From: Eledone cirrhosa
Taxonomy: Eukaryota
Direction: 5' to 3'
Assembly: GCA_964016885.1 (NCBI GenBank)
Contig: OZ024755.1
Coordinates: 5,146,001-5,210,000, forward strand
Length of the DNA: 64,000 nucleotides
The notes beneath the pieces are model-generated. The model worked only from the letters and a program-made list of their open reading frames with translations. It was not told the origin of the DNA and made no database searches. How positions within the stretch are numbered: position 1 is the first letter of the stretch; each line of letters opens with the position of its first letter. This document shows, one piece after another, positions 54,876 through 64,000 of the stretch. The position numbers were made by a program, and so were the translations under genes.

Positions 54876-55716
54876 GCCAGCACTCTTCTTCTATTTCTTT
54901 TTCTTCTTTCTTTATAACTCTCCCTCTCCCTCACCCTCACCATTTTTTGCATCTCTTTTTCTTTTCCCTTGATTGTCAATTACTTCTCTCTCTTTTTCTC
55001 CCTCCCTTCCTCATTTCAATCCTATTTATTCGTTCTTGCTTCTTTTCATCTTTCTTATTGTCAATTACTTCTCTTTCTTTTCTATTTCCTCTTTACTCCC
55101 CCTCTTACATTCCAATCCTATTTATTCGTCCTCGTTTTCTCTCTTTTTCAGTCTTTACTCTCACTTTCCTTCATAGTCTCCTTATTTTATCTATTTCTCT
55201 CCCGCCACATTTCTGTCTGTCTTTCTCTATATCTCTCTACCTATTTATTAATGTATATACGTACATGTTTGTGTCATGCATCTATGTCGAAATATAACGT
55301 TTATTTCCTCCTCAACAATGTTTAAATGTTTCGTTTGTTGTTTTCGCTGACTAAAAAATACCTTTTCATACAACTACGAGAGTCTGTTATGAATGACTTG
55401 ACTTTAGAAACCATTAAAACAGCTCCAGGATTAAAGTACCCTCTTTCTTTCCTTCTCTTTCTTCTCTTAGCCCCTAACCAGCCTCGTCTTCTTTCTTCTC
55501 CTCTGTTTTACAAACTCTTCTTTCTTTCCTCTCTTTATCCCCCCACCTCCGTCATTCACTCCTCCGTCATATCGTTAAGAATTGCCTTCTATGGTCATTG
55601 ACGATTCCACCTAGTCCCTCTCTCCCTCTTTCGTTCTCTCTCTCACCCACATGAGCGCGGGTTGCTTGGGGCAGCAGGGAGAGGGGAGACACAAACGAAA
55701 GAGGGAACTCACAAAT

Positions 55717-55754
<38 letters not shown>

Positions 55755-55815
55755 ATATATAGTACAATCAAGAAAAACTTGAACCGTTAAGGTATCTTTT
55801 CTTGGTTATGTCAAA

Positions 55816-55912
55816 ATTTATAAAACAAACTTTGTATTTTATCTGATGAAAGCGTACCAAAGTTTTGGTACCCTTGAAATATATATAATAGAATAAATAT
55901 GGTTTTATAAAT
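55816..55912 (+). ncRNA. Type I hammerhead ribozyme in a dispersed short repeat (copy 1)
   Basis: TATTTTAT-CTGATGA-stem II (AAGcGTACCAA..TTGGTACcCTT)-GAAA-TATATA-TA-ATAGAATA, with outer stem ATTTATAAAAC/GTTTTATAAAT. Confidence 0.75.
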
Positions 55913-56597
55913 ATAGTTTCTATTCATTTAATATCATTGAATATTATACTCTAGAAAACTTGTCGAGTGCTCTGAATCAGTTATAAATATTTATATTTGT
56001 TGAATTACCAACAAATTGAATATCCCTTTTGCTATATATATATATATATATATAGTACAATATATGTATATAGTATAATAAAAAAATAAAAAAATTTGAA
56101 TATATTTAGATATTTCTATCCATTTTCTAAGTGCGTATACATATGTATATATACATGCGTGTATACATATATATGTACCTTTCATTTATATATATATGTA
56201 CATATATATTTATATACATATACACACACACAATGGATTACTAGCAAAACTAGAAGATTCTAAGAAAAAGTTAACTTAGATATCAAATGATTCATATTGG
56301 AAGAGGCGAAGCGAAAGAGGTAAGGCGTTAAAATGGTGGAGCAGGTGTGTCTCTCTAAGGTGCGGGGGTGGGGAACCAGGATTTGGAAGAAAGAATGTAT
56401 TGAAACAGGATGTTGGCTGCATATTCATATTGACAGAAGACGTTGAAGAGTAGTGTGGCGTGTGGGGGTTATACGAGGTAATAATACAATAAAATAGAAT
56501 AGAATAAGATAAAAACGAGAGCGAAAGAAATATTACTGTTTTATCCTCATCTCGAGCCAACGGGGCTTGACCAAGGGGACCACAAAATGCCAGACGA

Positions 56598-57253
56598 CAG
56601 GGCTGGAATTAAACCTTGGGGGTCCCGGGTCACTTCAGGTTTGGGAGACCCCTCATAAACACACACAAAAAAAAGAAGAATACACAGCAAACACCCCCAA
56701 TTTTACATATGAAAGTTAGCTTGGGGCAAGTAATATACTATAGTTGTAGAAAGCTTTATTATACAAAGCAGTAAAATAACATAAGAAATATGTTTTAAAT
56801 ATATTCATAAATAACATTACAAATGTTTAGATAACATTATAAATTGCTCGTTGACTTTGCCTTTCATCCTAACGGGGTCGATAAAATAAAGTACTAGTAA
56901 TGTACTGGGTAATTGCTGGCCTTGTGCCAAAAGTAGAAACAATTATAAATTGCTCGCGATTCTTTCAGAAGGATATATTCTTTTAATGTTGCAATATTAA
57001 AGAAAGGGTAAAGGAAGGGGTGAACAGCCGAGCCACCACTAGAGCAAAAGACAGCAGCATCGCGAGGAGTATCGGGCAACTTCTCTAATGATTTTGGAAT
57101 TGAAAAGTTATACATACAGGTATTAAATTCCCTAAAACTAAAAAGCCCAGCTGAGAGTACAAATAAATTACTTCGGCCGTCGCTGGTGCCCCCCTCCCAC
57201 TGCAGGAGACCCGGGGCAATTGCCCTCCTTGTCTCCTATTAAATCCAGCCTTG
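56598..57253. mobile_element. Non-autonomous hAT-type element (MITE)
   Basis: TIRs CAGGGCTGGAATTAA / TTAAATCCAGCCTTG. 8-bp TSD ccagacga (56590-56597) / ccagacgg (57254-57261). A related end occurs near 10623-10715. Confidence 0.8.
56851..56941 (+). mobile_element. 5'-truncated SINE A with 15-bp TSD, nested in the hAT MITE
   Basis: Flanked by ATTATAAATTGCTCG at 56836-56850 and 56942-56956. Confidence 0.85.
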
Positions 57254-57784
57254 CCAGACGGCATGACAATCTTCCCGTTACGCGGAGGTAGACCCATCAT
57301 ATGGTATGCTACATGCTGCGATACCTTCTTTAGTGGCAACCTGGCGCGTTCGGCTACCAGTCGAAGCTCTGCTGCCCACCAAGCCGAAGAGGGCAAACTG
57401 TCCAAATATCGGCTGCTCTCTGATAGGTTTGAGCTAGAGCCTGTAGCAGTGGACACTTCTGGCCTTGCCCTCCCGGACCATATTCCTGCTATCGGTTGGC
57501 TGCCCGCAGGTGCGAGCCCCGCGAGGTGGAGTGGCTGTTCCAAGCATGTCTCCTTTTCTGTCCTCCGTATTAATATATTCTCCAGGCCGGGGCACATAGG
57601 AGGAGGAGGATACTCGTTCGGACGTCACACATACATAACCACTTGCTTATTAACGTTTATAGATAGGGGAGGGGGAGAAATGAGGTGCAATAAAAATGAA
57701 GCATGGATTACAGGCTAAAATCTAGTCTAGATAGATGAGAAACAAAACGAGGATGTAGTTTATGGAACACCCCAAATGATTTAG

Positions 57785-58237
57785 AAGTCGACCTTAAGTA
57801 GGAGCAATAACATTAAGAAAGACATTAACGACACCACATCATTTTGTTTTGAAAATTTTGAAAGTAGGTTTATAAGTATGAATTTTCATAAGATTTTCGT
57901 AGTTGTCTCTGTGGCCCAGCGGTAGGTACTAGAGACGGTGGAGATCCTGGTCTTGGGTTCAATCCTGGTAGAGAAATACATGTAATCTTTTACAGGTTAT
58001 ATTTTACATCCCAAAGAAAAAACTAATTAGGTTTACCAGGAACCCTACTCCCGACCAGGATCGAACTTCAGACCAGACTCACCACCGTCTATGATTCTTC
58101 CAACTAAGCCACCGAGACAACTACAATAGTATTGTGAAAATTGATAATTATAAACCTACTTTCAAAATCAAAGTTAAAAAGAGATGTGGTGTAATTCATG
58201 GCTTTCCTAGAGCTATTAGTAATATTTAGGTCGACTT
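57785..58237. mobile_element. Foldback element with ~190-bp diverged inverted arms, each containing a tRNA-like unit
   Basis: Matching blocks: aagtcgacct/aggtcgactt, acaccacatc/gatgtggtgt, attttgaaagtaggtttataa/ttataaacctactttcaaaat, gtagttgtctc/gagacaactac. A and B boxes in both arms. Confidence 0.75.
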
Positions 58238-59319
58238 GTCAATCTTCTGGCTGTTTGTTAACAACCTTATTATTCCTATGTGTGTTTAACTGTTGAATTA
58301 ATTTAATTTAATTATTTTAACAAACAAATAATATATATATAGAGTGAGTATGAAAGACCAAAGGTCATTATTGAAAGTCTCTGGATTTCGCAAAATACAT
58401 ATTTTTTATTGAAGAAGGTAAGATATTTGATTGCACTGTTTGGTTTCCACTTATGTAATTTTTGAAAATGTTATTTATTCATTATAAAAATTAAATGATA
58501 GCTTTCTATATGTAGGTGGGCCCCCTTCATCTCCTAGCAACCAATATTTTTAGACCTAGTCCGCCACTGTCTGTTACTATAATATTTTGTTGTACCTGAC
58601 TGTTTATAGCTTGTTTTAACCTTATAATTAAATATAGAGTAAACAAGAAAGAAATAAAGACACGGACTCGGTTTTAAAAAGACGGAGAGAGAAATAACAC
58701 AAAATAGAAAATAACTGATATTTTAGAATAAATGTGTCATTACCTTTTTTCTTCTTTCTTAGTTAGTAGAAAACAATATTTGCTGACAACTAAAACTGGA
58801 CAAATAGTTAATCATTATATGCATACATGTATGGTCTTTTAACTCCCGAGGGAGCTGTAGGGATGCCGTATTGACAGACAACGTTTTTAGGGCATTTTTT
58901 TTTTTAACCTGGAGGAGCCCATCTCCTTTCTACGTCTAAACACAACAGATTTCTTCCAGAGAAGGAAAGAGTGAGAGAGAGAATGGAAATGAGAATGTGA
59001 TATAGAGGAAGAATCGACCCCAGTCTTTGAGTGGAATTTTTTTTTATCGACCTGCAAAGGATGAAAGGCAAAGTTGACTTCGGTGAGATTTGAACTCAGA
59101 GCCGAAACGAATACCTCAAAACAATTTATCTGACGTTGTAACGACTCTGCCAATGTATAAATCAAAATAAATGTCTTGTCACTTTTTCTTTTTCTTAGTT
59201 AGTAGAAAATAATATTTTCTGACAACTAAAATATCCTGAGTGAAAAGAAGGAACAGCTGGAAATACTCAAAAACAACTCTGAAGGGAAGCTCTGAACACA
59301 ATAGAAGGAAGATTAGCTC

Positions 59320-59526
59320 AAGGACCCTTAAATTTGATATTTCACGGTATAGACCCTTAATATTACTGAGAAACTTACAAAGGACCCTTAAATCTGATAT
59401 TTCATTGTATGGACCCCTAATATTACTGAGAAGCTTACAAAGGACCCTAAAATTTGATATTTCACGGTATGGATCCCTAATATTATTGAGAAATTTACAA
59501 AGGACTCTTAAATCTGATATTTCACA
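59320..59526. repeat. 60-bp tandem repeat, about 3.5 copies
   Basis: aaggacccttaaat.tgatatttca..gtat.gaccc.taatattactgagaa.cttaca. Confidence 0.9.
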
Positions 59527-60774
59527 TTATAGAGAATTTGAACTCTGGGCATACCTCGATTAATACTTCGAATATTTGTAACTTTTCACAAAGAACAGTG
59601 AATAACAACTGGACCCCCCCCCCCCCCCCAAAAAAAAACCCACACAACAACAAACAAATAACAAAAACACGGCGTAATTTTGAAAAAGTAAAAATATGCC
59701 GGCCTACTTTGTACCATAAATGTAAAGATTTATTCAAAATAGTTGACAAATTGTATTATTTTCGCAAATCTTGTTACTTTGACAGCTATATATGAACTTT
59801 CATACGAATTTCAGGTTTTTATTTTTCACATCTTAAACCTTAATCTTCGCCTTTTGCGGCACATCTACGATAGTAAGCCGAAAAGTTCATATGCTGACTA
59901 TGAAGGAGTGATGGTAGAGCTGTGAAGTCATGCATGCGTTAATAACTGTATTGTTTCTTCTAGGGACTATGGTTAAAAAATAAATCTTATTTGGTCATTC
60001 CATGAGAGTATCTTAGTCAGCCTATGAACTATTCAGCTGACCCTCGTAGTTACGTCTCATGAGGCACGGTTTGGGGTACCACCGGTTTAAGGCAATGACA
60101 AAAGATAAAACATATTAGAGGACATTTGACCCGAACACCGTACGACTTTCATATCTTTTATCAGAATCAACTCAATGGACTAACAGTAGTAGCAATAGCA
60201 TTAACTTCAAACATCTTATTCCCCATCGGAAACACACTAGGGATACTTCATTCTGTCACCATGTCGTGTGAAATAGAAAAAATATATTCAGGCTGAAGAC
60301 GTTACGAAGACAATGAGGCGTAACAAAATGAATGGATTATATTTATAAAAAAATGTGACAACTCGGGGCCTCTACATTTTTGCTTCTCCCCAAAGAGGAC
60401 ATAAAACAAATAATGAGAAATACAGAGAGCAAAATCTAAAAATTTCAACATGTTTAAGTAAAACTTAAACCCTAAAAGGAAGACTCCAAGTGACAAAACG
60501 TTGGCAAAAAATAACAACAATATGTTTTTAAAATATATATATAACAATGGTAGAACTAAAGTTTAGTGCCCCCTGACTTTGCTTCATAACTGTCTTTAAC
60601 CACTTAAAGACACAAAAATCTGGTAACTTTATATGATTCATTTCTTGTCAGACAATTTACAACTCTGAAACGTCTTAATAATGTTTATTTTAAAAATGAA
60701 ATTTTGCACTGAGATACGTCTTCGAAAGGTAGTGATTACGTTTACGTTGATTAGATAAAAAATATTATTAATAT

Positions 60775-60985
60775 TTGGCAGTAATCGGTAGAACATCGGA
60801 CATGTTTTGTGGCATATAGTTGCGGTCTTTTGTTCTGAGCTCAAATCCCGCCGGGGTTAGCTTTGCCTTTCATCCTTACGAGGTCGATAATCAAATAAAG
60901 CACATGTAACGCACTGGTCTCGATTTAATCGACTTTCGCTTTCCCTTCAAATTGCTGGCCTTGGGCCTAAAGTAGAAACAATTTT
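60775..60985 (+). mobile_element. SINE family A copy
   Basis: ttggcagtaatcggtagaac head, gcctttcatccttacgaggtcgataa core, gtagaaacaa tail. Confidence 0.8.
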
Positions 60986-61951
60986 TATTAATATTTGTTG
61001 GCAATTCATTATTGCAGACAAAATCTCACATTATCTTGGTAATAATATTAACAATATGGAATTGGAAAGAACAATAAACAAACAAAAGAATGTCTAAATA
61101 ATAACAATAATAACTGTTTCTAAGATATAAAACCTAGGATGTGAGGTTGGGATATTTACAATAATAACCTCAAATGTCGGGTAAGTCTCAATTTCTTTAA
61201 AGTTTTGTTTCTTACACTAACGGTTTGTTAGTAATCAAATGAGCGCTAATATCTATTAAAGACAGTATTTTAACCATTAATCAAAATAAGTACATTCCAC
61301 CATACCAGAAGAAAAATTTGACGAATATATATTGGGGGAGGGGACAGCCAAACTCTTTGAAGTGCTTTTAGGGCCTCAAAAGGATTGGTAGCAAGAAAAA
61401 CATGGGGTGATCACTGGTTGTTTGGGATCTTTTTTCAATTTTTTTTTTCTATATTTCATCTGCCTGTCACCCACCTTGTGGATTGTCTCTCTATTGACCA
61501 CTGGCCGTTGGTCTCTGTCCTCTGAGGCAGTTTTGCCCATCACTGTCTTTGACAACATTTAGCTGTTTTAACGGCTGTTCTAGCGATTTCTCTAAATATT
61601 CTAATATAATTATATATAATAACTTGTGCTAGGGTAAAATATAGAATATTCCGGAAAAGTGGGAGATAAGAGTTAGTCAAGAAACGTCCAAGGAATTAAA
61701 TAACGTTTAATATATTTTTCTAGCAATATGATCCTCCCATGATCCTCCCCAAATATAACTGCGTTTAGTTATTGTATATTCAAAACGTAAACTAGTATAT
61801 TTCGATATATTGCAAATCTTGCTCCCATTCTTTCGGTGCTCTCTGAATCCACTTTCAGAGGCTCCGGAAACAAAACAACAAAAAACGCCGATAATCAATA
61901 AAGTTGATCTTGAACCTTGCTACTAATTCTGTTTAATGAATCATATATTAA

Positions 61952-62225
61952 GTGGCTTAGTATTAAGGGGTATTGGATGTACGATCATAATGTAATGGGT
62001 TCGATTCCTGGACTGGGTTGCGTCTTGTGTTCTTGAGCAAAACACTTCATTTCAGGTTGCCCCAGTATACTCAGCCGAAAATGAGTACCAGTATTAACTG
62101 GTGGTTTAACCCTGCGATGGACAGGTGTCCTGTCCAGGGAAGAGTCTTGTATTCTCAGTTGCTTAACACCACAGAAACCGAGATAAGCACCAGCTTGATG
62201 AGGCTCCTGGCTCGAGACAGAGTTT
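61952..62225 (+). mobile_element. SINE family B-related copy, nearly full length
   Basis: gtggcttagt..gggttcgattcc..tgtgttcttgagcaaaacactt..aaatgagtacc..cctgcgatggac. Confidence 0.75.
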
Positions 62226-62659
62226 AGACTGTTTTTTTAATTATACATTTAACGTAGATTTTGTATTTATATTTTATATTTAGATGTATAACACTATATA
62301 TCATAACGACGAGATCTACCCTACTTGGTAAGCGATTGAGGTCTGGGATCTTGTCGATGGAACCCTGTCTATGTTGCGTTGGAGCACTGCATTCATGCTT
62401 TACACCTTTATTATGAACCACGCTGTGTTAGATTGTAAACATTTATGAGAATCGAAAATAGCGCGTGATTATTGGTGAGTAGTTCGCAGTGGGCAATGTC
62501 AGTTGTGCTACAGATTTCTAGAAAAATATCACATGATCCACATGATAGGTGAAAATGTGTCCGAACATGGAAGAGCCGAACTCCCACTGTCATCAACTCC
62601 ATCCCTCTCTCCCTCTCCATCTCTCTGTATTGTGAGCAAATGGGGTCCCACGTCTGGCC

Positions 62660-62752
62660 GCCCCACAGCCCCAGCGGACAGAATGGTGAAGGCGTTTCCC
62701 CGGAGGAAGGTAAGGGAGATGCGCTGGAAGAGCCGTTCCATCTCGCGAGGCT
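62660..62752 (-). pseudogene. Second CRE-type retroelement C-terminal fragment
   Basis: PREMERLFQRISLTFLRGNAFTIL matches the terminal LFQRIS---RGNA motif of CRE-like RLE ORFs. Confidence 0.6.
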
Positions 62753-64000
62753 CACACTTGTGCTATTGTTAATTAATCCTAACCAGCCAGGCCAGCTAGC
62801 ACTATATGAAAACGAGCATCTACAGCTTATGTTTTATGCGTCCAAAGTATATAAACTATATCTTTTTCTTATCTCAATACCAGCAGATAGTTATCAAATG
62901 GAAAGACCAATGGAAACAATACTTTTTTGGTCTTATCTGACGATCGATTCAATTTGTTTCTTAATATTTTTATTATATTAGGTTTTATTTATTTCTTGTT
63001 CCCCCTCCTCTGTTTCTATATTTTCCTCCGTCACTTTATATTTATTTGGAAAGAAACAAAAATTACAATTTGAGGAAAAAAAATGGTTGGTTCGTCTGAA
63101 TCAGCAAACAACAACAAAATACCTCCTTATATTGAATCAATTCTATTTTATATATTACGTTGTCTATTTTTAGTTTTCTATTTATCAGTATCAGTTTTCC
63201 TATTATTTTCCTCTCCCTGTCTCTCTTGTTCAGTTAACCTTATTTTTATTTTTTTATTTTTTATTTTCATTTTTTGTCATTTTTATTTTAGTTTGTTCCG
63301 TTTTTAGCTCGTCTGCCAGTAATGTCTGTCTGTCTTCCATCATTTTCTTCATCTTTTCTCGTCATTCTCTCCTTTCGTTTCAACATACACTCGCCCCTCA
63401 TCGCCTCATTCTCTCGGTTCATCTCATTTTACACACATACTCAGCCAGACTCCCCCAACCTCCCTTCGCTTCTCAAACATTCAACAGACACTAACATTAA
63501 CTGGGATTAAAACCAGTCAGCAAACGAATCGGAAACAATTGACTGAAGCAGTGGTTTACCACATATTTAAACGATATACACAACAAGCATAACTGATAGC
63601 CTTACTGTCGTATTTATTATAAACGAGATACACAACGTAATAAACACTGTCGTTTTATTATAACTATGGCTACAACGACAAGGATAGTATTACCATTTAA
63701 TAAATTATTTCTTCTAACACTGACAATTGACATAAGACCAGAGGTTTTGAACGAATGAACAATCGATTAAATCAGATTCAGTACTTGACTGGAACTTATT
63801 TTAGCAACTCCGGAAATATGAATGAAAAACAAATGAGTTTGGTTGTGACCTGATCAGAAAAAAACACTTGAACACTGCTGGCTTTCCTTCAGTCCTCGAT
63901 CAGGAAAGATTTAATGTTATTAGTTCAGCTTGTGAAGCAGGTTTGCAGCAGGGTTACGCAGAGGTCCTATCTGAACATATGTAAAGCTTAGTGGTAAGGG

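Larger units (their letters stand above)
56551..57600 (+). pseudogene. CRE-type non-LTR retrotransposon restriction-like endonuclease fragment, interrupted by a hAT MITE
   Basis: Removing 56598-57253 and one TSD copy gives LEPTGLDQGDHKMPDGMTIFPLRGGRPIIWYATCCDT...AAHQAEEGKLSKYRLLSDRFELEPVAVDTSG, matching the LEP-GL...PDG-T..W..TC.DT...AE..K..KY...P.AVET.G RLE pattern. Confidence 0.8.

Noticed and set aside
57905-57974. Possible genuine tRNA gene
   Set aside because: A and B boxes are present, but no convincing cloverleaf or anticodon arm could be drawn; treated as tRNA-derived.
62175-62222. GAAAC...TTGATGAG motif in the SINE tail (also ctgatgag near 40948) as a hammerhead
   Set aside because: Stems and the UH site could not be assembled around the core.

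Overview
AT-rich, microsatellite-dense animal genomic DNA. The repeat landscape (tRNA-derived SINEs, RTE LINEs, piggyBac-type MITEs, long (TA)n/(CA)n/(GA)n runs) suggests a mollusc, probably an octopus-like cephalopod; this is inference. The only host gene supported is a kindlin/fermitin (unc-112/FERMT-like) gene on the minus strand. It has a probable promoter and non-coding first exon near 54.6-54.9 kb, coding exons at 52329-52467 and 18648-18881 separated by a 33.4 kb intron, and further exons presumably left of the window. Nearly all other ORFs in the track are microsatellite or minisatellite artefacts. The most notable non-genic signals are: (1) two copies of a dispersed short repeat folding into a complete type I hammerhead ribozyme, with compensatory base changes between the copies, plus a second minimal Penelope-type hammerhead family; (2) a ~450 bp foldback element whose arms each carry a tRNA-like Pol III unit, pointing towards each other; (3) a young RTE LINE fragment with a C4HC3 PHD finger inside its reverse-transcriptase region; (4) a near-perfect 56-bp hairpin whose stem mismatches are all A-C on the gene's sense strand; (5) nested insertions with readable TSDs (SINE in hAT MITE in CRE-type retroelement, and MITE in MITE at one recurrent TTAA). 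Everything was read by eye; no searches or folding programs were run.
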